Part shown: positions 44,579 through 55,018 of the stretch, in pieces
Position numbering within the stretch: the first letter of the stretch is position 1
How the letters are laid out: each line of letters starts with the position of its first letter
DNA from: Bacteroidota bacterium
GTDB lineage: Bacteria > Bacteroidota > Rhodothermia > Rhodothermales > JBCDJV01
Direction of reading: 5' to 3'
Assembly: GCA_038747425.1 (NCBI GenBank)
Contig: JBCDJV010000007.1
Coordinates: forward strand, 9,164-73,163
DNA: 64,000 nt
Notes under the pieces: generated by a model
The model's database searches: none
What the model was told of the DNA's origin: nothing
Seen by the model: only the letters and a program-made list of their open reading frames with translations
Program-made: the position numbers and the translations under genes

Positions 44579-46729
44579 ATGTCCCTGTCGTTCGGGCTCA
44601 ACCCCTGGCTGCTCGCCCTCTGCGTCCTGCTGGCCGCCGGGCTGACAGCCTGGATGTACCGCACCACCGTCCCCCCGCTGCCGCTGGGCCGCCGCGCCCT
44701 GCTCATGGGGCTGCGCACGGCCGCCCTGACGCTGGTCCTCTTCCTGCTCTTTGAGCCCCTCCTGACCCGCATCACCACGCAAACCCAGCCCGCCGTGCTG
44801 GCCGTGCTGGTGGATGACAGCCAGAGCCTCACCCTCCGCACGGGCGACGACAGCCTGGCCACCGCCCACACAGAAACCGTACAGGCACTCCTGGCCGATG
44901 TGCAGCAGCGCCAGTCCCCAGAGGCTGTGCAGCTCTTCCGCTTCGGCGCAAACACAGCCCCCCTCCCCACTCCAGACTCGTTGGGGTTTGACGACGTCCG
45001 GACCGACATCGGGGCCGCCCTCGCCTTCGTGCAAGACGCCCTGCGCAACGACAACCTAGGCGGGGTCCTCCTGATTTCGGACGGACGCTACAACACGGGC
45101 CGCAACCCCCTGTACGTAGCCGAGCGCTTCCCCGTACCCATCTACACGGCCACCGTGGGCGACACCACCAGCCGCCGCGATCTGCTCATCCAACGCATCA
45201 CCTCAAACGATCTCGCCTACGTCAACACAGAGGTGCCGGTGGAAGTCACGCTCCGCGCGGTGGAGGGCGCCGGCGAATCCGTGACGCTCTCGCTCCTGGA
45301 CGAAGGCACCATCCTAGGCACTGCCAACGCCCAATTGCCCACCGGCACGGGCGAGGTGACCATCCCGCTCACGTTTGTCCCGGACGCCGAGGGCCTGCAA
45401 CGCCTCACCGTCAGCGCCACCCGCCTGGACGGCGAAGCCACCTACCGCAACAACGCCTCGGCCTTCACCGTCCGCGTGCTCGAGAGCAAGCGACGCCTGC
45501 TCCTGCTGGCCGCCGCTCCCAGCCCCGATGTAGCCGCCCTGCGGCGCCTCCTCCAAACCGACCCCAACACCGAGGTCACCGCCCGGGTGCAGCGCAGCAG
45601 CGGGCAGTTCTACGAGGGCACCTTCCCAGATCCGTCCACCTTCGACGCTATCATCCTGGCTGGCTACCCAGGGCGCACCGCCGAGGCCTCCCAGATCCGC
45701 CAGGTGGCGGAGGCCGCGGCCGAGGGGACCCCGCTCCTGTTTGTCCTCAACCAACAAACCGACCTCCGCCTCACGAGCGAGTACCTGGCCGACGTGCTGC
45801 CCGCCACCCCAGACCGCGTGCGATCTAGCTTCCTCGAAGCTTCGTTCGTGCCCACCAGCGCCGGGACCCGCCATCCCGTCTTGGACCTGCCAGACGTCCG
45901 CACCACCGACCTCCGGCGCCTGCCCCCGCTCCTCTACAATGAGAGCCGATGGATCGTCTCGCCCGATGCCCGGGTGCTCGCGCAGGTTCAGATCCGGGGC
46001 GTTCAGCTCGATGACCCCCTCCTGGTGATCCGCCGCCGAGGCACCGCTCGCTCGGCCGCCCTGCTCGGGGCGGGCACCTGGCGCTGGCAGAACCTGCCGG
46101 ACGACCTCTCCAGCGTCGGCTCGTTCTGGCCGGTCACACTGGCCAACATGGTGCAATGGATCACCACGCCCGAGGACACACGCCGCGTCCGCGTGGACCC
46201 CACCACCGACCTCTTCCCCGGAGGCACCCCCGTGGAACTGACCGGCCAGGTCTACGACGAGAGCCTCAACCCCATCTCGGACGCCGTGCTGGACGTCACC
46301 GTCACCGCCCCCGATGGCGCGCAGTACGCCTACCAGATGGACGGCCAGGGCACCGGCCGCTACCGCCTCGATGCCGGCGTTCTCCCTGAAGGCACCTACC
46401 AGTACCGCGCCCAGGCCCAACGCGATGGGGAATCTCTGGGCACTGACCAAGGCCGATTTGCGGTTGGCGCTCTCAACATCGAGTTTCGGGAGACCCGGGC
46501 GGATGCTGCTCTGATGCGGCAGATCGCTCAGCGGTCCGCCGGACAGCCAGTGGCCCTGACCGAGATCGCGACGCTCTCTGATGAACTGGCGAGCAGCGGG
46601 AACTTTGACCCCCTCGTGCTCGAAGACACCCGGGAGGTGCCCTTGTGGCACCGATACGGGTTTTTGATCGCTATCTTGGTGCTACTCACACTCGAGTGGT
46701 TCTTCCGCAAGCGCAGCGGGATGGCCTAG
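44579..46729 (+). CDS. membrane protein with BatA-like N-terminal double-TM domain and VWA/DUF-type extracytoplasmic region
   Basis: The N-terminus NPWLLALCVLLAAGLTAWMYRTT...RRALLMGLRTAALTLVLFLLFEP is followed by VLVDDSQS, and there is a C-terminal TM anchor. The family assignment is from memory. Confidence 0.55.
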   Translation: MSLSFGLNPWLLALCVLLAAGLTAWMYRTTVPPLPLGRRALLMGLRTAALTLVLFLLFEPLLTRITTQTQPAVLAVLVDDSQSLTLRTGDDSLATAHTETVQALLADVQQRQSPEAVQLFRFGANTAPLPTPDSLGFDDVRTDIGAALAFVQDALRNDNLGGVLLISDGRYNTGRNPLYVAERFPVPIYTATVGDTTSRRDLLIQRITSNDLAYVNTEVPVEVTLRAVEGAGESVTLSLLDEGTILGTANAQLPTGTGEVTIPLTFVPDAEGLQRLTVSATRLDGEATYRNNASAFTVRVLESKRRLLLLAAAPSPDVAALRRLLQTDPNTEVTARVQRSSGQFYEGTFPDPSTFDAIILAGYPGRTAEASQIRQVAEAAAEGTPLLFVLNQQTDLRLTSEYLADVLPATPDRVRSSFLEASFVPTSAGTRHPVLDLPDVRTTDLRRLPPLLYNESRWIVSPDARVLAQVQIRGVQLDDPLLVIRRRGTARSAALLGAGTWRWQNLPDDLSSVGSFWPVTLANMVQWITTPEDTRRVRVDPTTDLFPGGTPVELTGQVYDESLNPISDAVLDVTVTAPDGAQYAYQMDGQGTGRYRLDAGVLPEGTYQYRAQAQRDGESLGTDQGRFAVGALNIEFRETRADAALMRQIAQRSAGQPVALTEIATLSDELASSGNFDPLVLEDTREVPLWHRYGFLIAILVLLTLEWFFRKRSGMA

Positions 46730-46862
46730 CCCACGGCCCGGGAAGGCTCCGCTCCGTAGCCGCTCTGCCCAGCCGTACTCACCCGCATCTGTACCTCCCC
46801 GCATGCATGCTGTAGATCTCCTGGATCCACCCGACCCCGTGCGACTCAGCGACGCCCGGCCG

Positions 46863-48059
46863 ATGTCCGAGTCGTTCTCGCAGTACCTGGTCGCGCTGCG
46901 CCGCCATCTCCACCAACACCCCGAGCTCGGCATGGAGGAGCGCGAGACGTCCCGCCTCCTCACACAGATCCTCTCAGAAGCAGGCCTGACCGTTCAAGGA
47001 GGCCTCGCCGGTGGCACCGGCCTGTACGTGGACATCGAGGGCGATCCAGACGGCCCCCGGGTCGGCTACCGGGCCGACATCGATGCCCTGCCGATTCAGG
47101 ATGCCAAGACCGTCCCCTATGCGTCGCAGAACCCAGGGCGTGCCCACCTCTGTGGCCACGATGCGCACACCACCATCGCCGTGGGGATTGCCCTGGCCCT
47201 GCACCAGCAACGTGACCAGCTGGCGGGCACCGTGCGCGTCTTCTTCCAACCCAACGAGGAAGGCATCCCCAGTGGCGCCCCGCTCATGGTGCGGGATGGC
47301 GTCCTGGATGGACTCGATGCGGCCTATGCCATCCACGTAGACCCGACCCTGGAGGTCGGCCGCTTCGGCATTCACACCGGAGCCGCCACCGCCGCCGCCA
47401 CCCGCTTCAGCATTGCGGTGCATGGCCATGGCACCGGCCACTCCGCGCGGCCTCACGAGGCCGTGGACACGGTGTGGGTAGCCACGCAGTTGGCCCAAAC
47501 CCTCTATCAGATCACGGATCGCCTTACCGACGCACGCGAGCCCGCCGTCCTCACGCTCTGCCGGTTCCAAGCGGGCGAGGCGTTTAACGTGATCCCAGAG
47601 ACCGTCACGTTCGGCGGTACCCTGCGCACGGTCTCGCTGCGCGACATGGACCACCTCCTTGACCACATCCGGCGCCTCTGCACCCACTACGCCGCCGTCT
47701 ACGAAGCCCACGTGGTGCCGGACCTCGACCCTGGGGCCCCCCCTGTCCTCAACGATGGCCGCCTGGGCAGCCACCTCATGCACACCATCGAGACTACCTA
47801 CGGCCAAAAAGCCATCCATCTCATGCCTAAACCCAGCATGGGCACGGAGGACTTTGCGTTCTACCTCCAGCATGTCCCCGGCTTCCTCCTGCGGGTGGGC
47901 ACGGCCTCTGGACATGACACGGCTTATCCCCTCCACGACCACCGGTTCGACATCGACGAGCGGGCCCTGGCCCCCACCGTTCGGCTCATGGCCCAGACGC
48001 TGATGGATCACCTCAACCTGAACCCCCTGGGCCTCCCCCAGAGCTCAGCGCTGGCCTAG
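46863..48059 (+). CDS. M20-family amidohydrolase (N-acyl-amino-acid/hippurate hydrolase type)
   Basis: LRRHLHQHPELGMEERETS, HLCGHDAHT, FQPNEEG and HNHRFD-like (LHDHRFDIDE) motifs are present. Confidence 0.85.
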   Translation: MSESFSQYLVALRRHLHQHPELGMEERETSRLLTQILSEAGLTVQGGLAGGTGLYVDIEGDPDGPRVGYRADIDALPIQDAKTVPYASQNPGRAHLCGHDAHTTIAVGIALALHQQRDQLAGTVRVFFQPNEEGIPSGAPLMVRDGVLDGLDAAYAIHVDPTLEVGRFGIHTGAATAAATRFSIAVHGHGTGHSARPHEAVDTVWVATQLAQTLYQITDRLTDAREPAVLTLCRFQAGEAFNVIPETVTFGGTLRTVSLRDMDHLLDHIRRLCTHYAAVYEAHVVPDLDPGAPPVLNDGRLGSHLMHTIETTYGQKAIHLMPKPSMGTEDFAFYLQHVPGFLLRVGTASGHDTAYPLHDHRFDIDERALAPTVRLMAQTLMDHLNLNPLGLPQSSALA

Positions 48060-48130
48060 AGGCGTACGAGTTACGACGGCACGGGGGCGGGGTCTGGAGA
48101 GGCTCTCTCCACCTGCTTCTGTGCCACTCG

Positions 48131-49858
48131 ATGTACCCCTTCGCCTCACTCGGCCTCCTGTTCCTGGTGGCCAGTTCACCGCTTGCAGCCCCCCGCTCGG
48201 CAGATCCGGCGGTGGTGATCAATGAGATCCACTACGCTCCATCACCCGCCACCCTGGAGTTCGTTGAGCTCTACAACCGGGGGCCGGCCCCCGTGGACCT
48301 GGCCACGCTGACCCTGGCTGACCGCCGCGACGTGCCCGTTGCGCTCGCCCCCGGGCCCACCACCTTGGCGCCCGGTGGCTATGCCGTAGCCGTGCAGGAC
48401 CCCGCCGCCTTCGAGGCCGCCTTCGGGCCTCTGCCACCGGGCACCCTGGTCCTGACGCCAACCCCTTGGCCCACCCTCAACAACAGCGGCGATGTGGTGC
48501 ACCTGGCCGGTCCCAACGGCACCTGGGAAACCCTCACCTACGACGGCGACGACGCGCCTCGGGGCCGCTCCTTGGAACGACGCCACCCCGAGGTGCCGAC
48601 CTTGGCCCCCTCCAACTTCGTCCCCTCGACGGCTCCGCTGGGCGCTACACCTGGTGCCATCAACAGCCAGTACGCCCCAGACACGGAGCCGCCCGCTCTG
48701 CTCAACACCTGGCAGGACGGCGCCGAACGAGTGTGCGTGCGCTTCGATGAGGCCCTGCCTCCCGCCACGGTGCCACCCGCCGAATCCTGGCGCGTAGGTT
48801 CCCACGTGGCCCGGCACCGGACCGTGGACGAGGCCACGGTGTGCCTCGAGGTGGACGGCCTCCCACGCGGCACGGCCCTCCAGCTCCCCGCACTGCAAGA
48901 CTGGCTGGGGCAGGTGCGCCCCCCGTCCACCGCGCCCATCGCCTGGTGGCCACAGACCGGCGAGGTCGTCCTCAACGAGCTCCTGTTTGCCCCTCGCACA
49001 GACGCCTTCGACGAGCACCCAGACCAGGTAGAGTACATCGAAATCCACAACACCGCCCCGTTGGCCCTCTCGCTGCGCGGACTGGTGCTCGCAGGCCCCG
49101 TGCGCGACGATGGGCGCACAGACAGCCTCCACCTCACCCCTGACCCGCTGTTCGATGTGCTGGAGGCCGGATCCTACGCGCTCCTGATGGCCGCAGCCAG
49201 CCGCGCTGATGCCCTGTCGACCCTCACCGGCGCCTACCCGCAGATCCCAGCGGAGTCCGTGCCCGTGCTCCGGACGACCCAGGCCACGCTTGGCCTCCGC
49301 AACGACGGCGACACCGTGCGCCTCTTCTCGGCACAAGGGCTCCGGCTCGACGGCGTGGTCTACGAGGCCGCGTGGCACCACCCGGCTCTGCACGACCCCC
49401 GAGGCGTGGCCCTGGAGCGACGGCGCTCGGACCGGCCCACGCAGGATCCCCAGAACTGGTCGAGCGCTCTCCACCCCACTGGCGGGACGCCCGGTCTCGT
49501 CAACAGCCTGCCTATCCAAACGGCAGGGTCCACCCCCGTCTCCTCCCTGCGCGTTCACCCCTCCCCGTTCAGCCCCGATGGGGACGGCCTGGACGAAACC
49601 ACCGAGATTCGGTATCACCTGGCGCTCAGTACGGCCCTCGTCCGGGTCCGGCTCTACGACCGATGGGGGCGTCTGGTGCGGACGCTGACGCCGACGCACC
49701 TGACCGGGCCAGTTGGCCGGGTATGGTGGGATGGATTCGACGAGGCCGGTCGGCGGCTTCCGCTAGGCGTCTACGTGGTCCTCCTAGATGCCGAAGATGC
49801 CGCGACCGGGCAGCGCCAGGTCCTCCGAGGTACCGTGGTCGTGGCCGAGCCGCTGTGA
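48131..49858 (+). CDS. secreted lamin-tail-domain (LTD) protein with C-terminal FlgD-Ig/T9SS-like sorting domain
   Basis: It has a signal peptide and two LTD-like modules (VVINEIHYAPSP...EFVELYN; VVLNELLFAP...EYIEIHN). The C-terminus reads HPSPFSPDGDGLDETTEIRYHL...GVYVVLLDA. Confidence 0.7.
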   Translation: MYPFASLGLLFLVASSPLAAPRSADPAVVINEIHYAPSPATLEFVELYNRGPAPVDLATLTLADRRDVPVALAPGPTTLAPGGYAVAVQDPAAFEAAFGPLPPGTLVLTPTPWPTLNNSGDVVHLAGPNGTWETLTYDGDDAPRGRSLERRHPEVPTLAPSNFVPSTAPLGATPGAINSQYAPDTEPPALLNTWQDGAERVCVRFDEALPPATVPPAESWRVGSHVARHRTVDEATVCLEVDGLPRGTALQLPALQDWLGQVRPPSTAPIAWWPQTGEVVLNELLFAPRTDAFDEHPDQVEYIEIHNTAPLALSLRGLVLAGPVRDDGRTDSLHLTPDPLFDVLEAGSYALLMAAASRADALSTLTGAYPQIPAESVPVLRTTQATLGLRNDGDTVRLFSAQGLRLDGVVYEAAWHHPALHDPRGVALERRRSDRPTQDPQNWSSALHPTGGTPGLVNSLPIQTAGSTPVSSLRVHPSPFSPDGDGLDETTEIRYHLALSTALVRVRLYDRWGRLVRTLTPTHLTGPVGRVWWDGFDEAGRRLPLGVYVVLLDAEDAATGQRQVLRGTVVVAEPL

Positions 49859-50006
49859 GACCCGATCTGTCCTGCTCCCTGCGAAACCTCATCCGCCTGC
49901 CGTCGTTACGACCCACGTCCTACTGGCCGGCTGACTTCCCCTCAGTTCCGATGCAGCGGGGCCTTTTCTGCCGCCAGGCATTTTCCCTCCTTGCAGGTTA
50001 CCCACT

Positions 50007-50348
50007 ATGATTGCGACCCAGGCTCCGATCACGCTCAGCGACCGGGCAGGTGCCGAGATCCGCAAGATCATGCAAACCAAGAGCATTCCCGAAGGCTACG
50101 GACTCCGCATCGGCGTCCGCGGCGGTGGCTGCTCGGGCATGAGCTACATCCTCGGCTTCGACAAAAAGCGTGAGCACGACGTCGCCTTCGACATCGACCA
50201 AATCCCCGTCTACATCGACAAGCGCCACGGCTTGTACCTCATGGGTACCGTGGTGGACTACCACGACGGCCTCAATGCGCGCGGGTTCACGTTCGAGAAT
50301 CCTAACGCGACCCAAACGTGCGGCTGCGGAAGCAGCTTTGCGGCGTAG
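50007..50348 (+). CDS. iron-sulfur cluster insertion protein (IscA/ErpA/HesB family)
   Basis: LRIGVRGGGCSGMSY and the C-terminal CGCGSSF are present. Confidence 0.9.
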   Translation: MIATQAPITLSDRAGAEIRKIMQTKSIPEGYGLRIGVRGGGCSGMSYILGFDKKREHDVAFDIDQIPVYIDKRHGLYLMGTVVDYHDGLNARGFTFENPNATQTCGCGSSFAA

Positions 50349-50513
50349 CGCCGGAGGATCGGTGTGTCAGGAGCCGGCTTGACACATTCAGGTTACAGAG
50401 GAACTGAGTGTAGCGTGGCCCGGTACCAATTCAGAGAGTGATCCCACGGCGTGGTGGGCACGACCCTTTGTCCCCAGCGTCAGACCTCGGACCGAGTCTG
50501 GCACCTGGCAGGC

Positions 50514-50549
50514 AGGCCACGGGCGTAAGTGTACCGCTGGCCTTTTTTT
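50514..50549 (+). terminator. rho-independent terminator between the iscA-like gene and clpC
   Basis: AGGCCACGG...CCGcTGGCCT forms a stem (one bulge) followed by TTTTTTT. Confidence 0.6.
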
Positions 50550-50635
50550 GTTCGTCGACTTCCCAGGCTTGGGCACGGCCGATATTCCACCCGCGAACGC
50601 ATCCCGCCTTGCGCAGGGTGCTCAACAGAGAAGGT

Positions 50636-53245
50636 ATGGAAGGCAATTTTTCGAATCGAGTACGAGACGTCATTTCTTACAGCCGCGAAGAAGCGATTCG
50701 TCTTGGACATGACTACATCGGGACTGAGCACCTGCTCCTAGGCATCATCCGAGAGGGCGAAGGCATCGCGATCAAGATCCTACGCAACCTCGGCTGTGAC
50801 CTATTCAAGCTGAAGAAGGCCATCGAAGATACGGTCCGCTCCACCGGCGGCTCGCTGACGGTGGGCAACATTCCGCTGACCAAGCAGGCCGAAAAGGTGC
50901 TCAAGATCACGTACCTAGAAGCCAAGCTGTACAAGAGCGACGTCATCGGGACCGAGCACCTCTTGCTGAGCCTCCTGCGCGACGACGAGAATATTGCCGC
51001 GCAAATCTTGCAACAGGGGTTCTCCATCACCTATGATGCCGTTCGTACGGAGTTGGACTCCATCATCAGCGGCCGGGCATCCGCTTCGTCCTCGCGCAGT
51101 GGCGGGGGCGGTAGTACAGGCGGACGCTCTTCCTCGAGTTACGGAAAAGAGCGCAGCAAAATGGAAAAGAGCAAAACGCCTGTCCTGGACAACTTCGGCC
51201 GTGACCTGACCAAGCTCGCCGAAGAAAACAAGCTGGACCCCATCGTGGGCCGCGAGCGCGAGATCGAGCGCGTGGCGCAGGTGCTCTCGCGCCGCAAGAA
51301 GAACAACCCGGTCCTTATCGGCGAGCCGGGCGTCGGCAAGACGGCCATCGCCGAGGGCTTGGCCATGCGCATCATCTCGCGCAAGGTCAGCCGCGTCCTC
51401 TACGACAAGCGCATCGTCACGCTGGACCTGGCCGCCCTGGTGGCTGGCACCAAGTACCGTGGCCAGTTCGAGGAGCGCATGAAGGCTGTCATGAACGAGC
51501 TTGAGAAGAGCCCGGACGTGATCCTGTTCATCGACGAGCTCCACACGATCGTGGGCGCTGGCGGAGCCTCAGGCAGCCTGGACGCCTCCAACATGTTCAA
51601 GCCGGCGCTGGCCCGCGGCGAGATCCAGTGCATCGGCGCCACCACACTGGACGAATACCGCCAGTTCATCGAGAAGGACGGCGCCCTGGACCGACGCTTC
51701 CAGAAGATCATCGTGGACCCCTCCACCCCCGAGGAGACCGTCCAGATCCTGGTCAACATCAAGGACAAATATGAGGAGCACCACAACGTGCTCTACTCGG
51801 AGGAAGGCATCGAACTGGCCGTCCAGCTCTCGGACCGCTACATCACGGACCGCTTCCTCCCAGACAAGGCCATCGATGTGATGGACGAGGCCGGCGCACG
51901 CGTCCACCTCAACAACATCCGCGTGCCCAAGGAGATTGTGGACTTCGAAGAGCAAATCGAAGGCGTCCGCGAGGAGAAAAACCGCGTCGTCAAGAGCCAG
52001 CGCTTCGAGGAAGCCGCCCGCCTGCGCGACAAAGAGAAGAAGCTGCAGGAGCAGCTCGAGGAAGCCAAGAAGGACTGGGAGCGCAAAGCCGAGACCGAAA
52101 TCCACGATGTCACCGCCATCGACATCGCCGAGGTGGTGGCCATGATGACGGGCATCCCGGTCGACAAGATCTCGCAGCCTGAGCAGCGCAAGCTCCTCGA
52201 GATGGAGACGGCCCTCAAAGGCCGCGTCATCGGGCAGGACGATGCCATCGTCAAGCTCTCGAAGGCCATCCGCCGCACGCGGGCCGGTCTCAAAGACCCG
52301 AAGCGGCCCATCGGCTCCTTCATCTTCCTCGGCCCCACGGGCGTGGGCAAGACGGAGCTGGCCAAGGTGCTCACCGAGTACCTGTTCGACAACCAGGACT
52401 CGCTCATCCGCATCGACATGAGTGAGTACATGGAGAAATTCTCTGTGAGCCGCCTCGTGGGGGCCCCTCCTGGGTACGTCGGCTACGAGGAAGGCGGCCA
52501 GCTCACCGAGAAGGTGCGCCGCAAGCCCTACTCGGTGGTGCTCCTGGATGAGATCGAGAAGGCCCACCCGGATGTGTTCAACATCCTCCTGCAGGTGCTC
52601 GATGACGGGATCCTGACCGACGGCCTCGGCCGCCGCGTGGACTTCCGCAACACGATCATCATCATGACCTCGAACATCGGGGCGCGGGACATCAAGAACC
52701 TGGGCAAAGGCCTCGGCTTCAGCCAAGGCACGCAGGACTTCAACTACCAGAACATGAAGTCCACCGTGGAGGACGCCCTCAAGCGGGTGTTCAACCCGGA
52801 GTTCCTCAACCGTATCGACGACGTCATCGTCTTCCACCCGCTGGAGAAGAGCCACATCTTCGAGATCATCGAGATTATGGCCAAGGATCTCTTCCAGCGC
52901 GCCGAAGGCCTCGGCATCCAGGTGGAGCTGGTCAAGTCCGCCAAGGAGTTTCTCTCCGAGAAAGGCTACGACCCGCAGTTTGGCGCCCGCCCCTTGCGCC
53001 GCGCCATCCAGAAGTACATCGAGGACCCGATGGCCGAGGCTATCCTGGGCAACAGCCTGTCCGAAGGAGACAAGATCAAGATCTCGTTCGACCAGAAGAA
53101 GAACGAGAACGAACTCCAGTTCGACACCAAGAAAGCCAAGAAGACGAAGGCCAAAGCCAAAGCGGCCCCTCCCGAGGACGCGGCCGAGGACCAGTCCGAT
53201 GCCCCAGACGTGGAATCTCCCGCCGAAGAGGGCGCCAGCGACTAA
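50636..53245 (+). CDS. clpC: ATP-dependent Clp protease ATP-binding subunit ClpC
   Basis: ATG at 50636. It has Clp_N repeats (GTEHLLLGI; GTEHLLLSL), two AAA modules ([15 protein letters not shown]; [12 protein letters not shown]), and a UVR linker ([19 protein letters not shown]). Confidence 0.95.
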   Translation: MEGNFSNRVRDVISYSREEAIRLGHDYIGTEHLLLGIIREGEGIAIKILRNLGCDLFKLKKAIEDTVRSTGGSLTVGNIPLTKQAEKVLKITYLEAKLYKSDVIGTEHLLLSLLRDDENIAAQILQQGFSITYDAVRTELDSIISGRASASSSRSGGGGSTGGRSSSSYGKERSKMEKSKTPVLDNFGRDLTKLAEENKLDPIVGREREIERVAQVLSRRKKNNPVLIGEPGVGKTAIAEGLAMRIISRKVSRVLYDKRIVTLDLAALVAGTKYRGQFEERMKAVMNELEKSPDVILFIDELHTIVGAGGASGSLDASNMFKPALARGEIQCIGATTLDEYRQFIEKDGALDRRFQKIIVDPSTPEETVQILVNIKDKYEEHHNVLYSEEGIELAVQLSDRYITDRFLPDKAIDVMDEAGARVHLNNIRVPKEIVDFEEQIEGVREEKNRVVKSQRFEEAARLRDKEKKLQEQLEEAKKDWERKAETEIHDVTAIDIAEVVAMMTGIPVDKISQPEQRKLLEMETALKGRVIGQDDAIVKLSKAIRRTRAGLKDPKRPIGSFIFLGPTGVGKTELAKVLTEYLFDNQDSLIRIDMSEYMEKFSVSRLVGAPPGYVGYEEGGQLTEKVRRKPYSVVLLDEIEKAHPDVFNILLQVLDDGILTDGLGRRVDFRNTIIIMTSNIGARDIKNLGKGLGFSQGTQDFNYQNMKSTVEDALKRVFNPEFLNRIDDVIVFHPLEKSHIFEIIEIMAKDLFQRAEGLGIQVELVKSAKEFLSEKGYDPQFGARPLRRAIQKYIEDPMAEAILGNSLSEGDKIKISFDQKKNENELQFDTKKAKKTKAKAKAAPPEDAAEDQSDAPDVESPAEEGASD

Positions 53246-53271
53246 CACCGTCCACCGTCTTCCCTATCTTG

Positions 53272-53303
53272 AGCCCCGGTAGCATCTGCTGCCGGGGCTT
53301 TTT
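53272..53303 (+). terminator. rho-independent terminator downstream of clpC
   Basis: AGCCCCGG, a 12-nt loop, CCGGGGCT, then TTTTT. Confidence 0.75.
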
Positions 53304-53340
53304 GGTGTGGCCTCCCCCCTCTCTCTCTTGGTGCCCCCCC

Positions 53341-54642
53341 ATGCTTCGCTATCTACCCAGCCTCCTCTTGCTGGTGGCGATGAGCGCCCAGGCTCAACCT
53401 GCAGCCCCGCCTTCTCTGACTCCACGCGCCCATCCTGAGGCCCCCTCCACCGCCTATGTGAACGGGCGTTGGTTCAACGGCACCACGTTCGCCGCCGATA
53501 CGTTGTTCAGCGTGGAGGGCGTCTTCACCCGCACGCGCCCAGCCGAGGTGGCGCATACCATCGACCTCGCGGGGCGCTACCTCGTCCCGCCCTACGGTGA
53601 TGCCCACACCCACACCCTGTCCGATGCGTACTCCGTAGCTATGGCTGAGCCCTACCAGGAACAGGGCATCTTCTACGTGCTGGTACTCACCAACTCGCAC
53701 AGCGGCGCGGCAGAGGTGCACGCTCAGTTCGAGCCGCCCACCACCATCGATGTAGCGTACGTTCATGGCGGCCTCACCTCTACCCAGAGTCATCCTCACG
53801 GCATCTATGAACGCCTGGCCTTGGGCGTCTTCACCTCGGCCCAGCGGGAGGAGCGGCGGGATGAGATCCTAGCCAGCCGGCTGCGCCTGAACGATGCGTA
53901 CTGGTTCATCGACACCGAGGCTGATCTAGAGGCTGTCTGGCCCCAGTTTCTCGCCCAGGGGCCGGATGCCGTCAAGATCTACCTGCTCGATGCCGCCCGC
54001 GGTGCCGCCGAGGGCAACATGATGGGGCGGGGCCTGCATCCAGCCCTGATTGCCCCTATCGTGGAACAGGTTCATGCCGCTGGGCTGCGCGCCTTTGCCC
54101 ACGTGGAAACAGCGGACGACGTGCGGCTGGCCCTGGAGGCCGGCGTGGATGGTTTCGCGCACCTCCCCGGCTATGGCTACAAGGCCGACGACGTGACGAT
54201 CTACCACCTGAGTGACGAGATCATCCAGCTAGCCGGCGAACGGCAGACCATCTTCACCCCCACCATGGCCGTCACCACCCTCTTCCACGCCCCTGGAGCT
54301 GAGCGGTTGGAGGCCGCCCGCGCGTACCAGCGAGACGTGCTGCAACGGCTGCACGAGGCCGGCGCCCGCATCGCCCTGGGGGCTGACATGTGGGGCGAGA
54401 CCTCGACGCTGGAAGCACAGACTATGCAGGAGCACGAGGTGTTCGAGCCGGCCACCCTGCTGGACCTGTGGACGCGCACCACGCCGCAGGTCGTCTTCCC
54501 GGGGCGCGCCATCGGCCGGCTGGCGCCAGGCTACGAGGCCAGCTTCCTCGCCTTGGCCTGCAATCCGCTGGAGGACTTTTCGTGCACCGCGCAGATTGAG
54601 GTGGCCGTGAAGCAGGGAGCCGTGCTGCAACCCACACCTTGA
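53341..54642 (+). CDS. secreted amidohydrolase-family metallo-hydrolase
   Basis: It has a signal peptide (MLRYLPSLLLLVAMSAQAQ), a metal motif YGDAHTH, and a later AHV...GVDGFAHL. The ATG is at 53341. Confidence 0.75.
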   Translation: MLRYLPSLLLLVAMSAQAQPAAPPSLTPRAHPEAPSTAYVNGRWFNGTTFAADTLFSVEGVFTRTRPAEVAHTIDLAGRYLVPPYGDAHTHTLSDAYSVAMAEPYQEQGIFYVLVLTNSHSGAAEVHAQFEPPTTIDVAYVHGGLTSTQSHPHGIYERLALGVFTSAQREERRDEILASRLRLNDAYWFIDTEADLEAVWPQFLAQGPDAVKIYLLDAARGAAEGNMMGRGLHPALIAPIVEQVHAAGLRAFAHVETADDVRLALEAGVDGFAHLPGYGYKADDVTIYHLSDEIIQLAGERQTIFTPTMAVTTLFHAPGAERLEAARAYQRDVLQRLHEAGARIALGADMWGETSTLEAQTMQEHEVFEPATLLDLWTRTTPQVVFPGRAIGRLAPGYEASFLALACNPLEDFSCTAQIEVAVKQGAVLQPTP

Positions 54643-55018
54643 GGCGAAGCGCAGCCCTCCTTCCCAGGCTCGCGCGTCCTGGCTCGTGGTGTGGAGCTCC
54701 CTCGGCGGCCCTCCAAAGAGGGCACGGCGGGTCAGGCACAGACCCACCGAACGGGGATCCCGAGGCGAGCTTAAACGACCGAGCGCAGACCACTCGTTTC
54801 AAGGAATCGTATCAGCGCTTCTGAGAACCCGGCAGGGGGAGAAGCAGAAGCGGGGGCCTCAATCCAGACGCTGAAGCCCCCGCGAGGGTGGGGCTCGGGG
54901 GGCTTCGTCAGCGCAAAGGGCGACGCCGCGAAGGCAGACTCGATGGCCTGACGCTGATCGGCTGGTCCGGCCAGAGCTTGATCGGGGATCAGGCGCAGAT
55001 AAAGCGGCATGGCGCCCG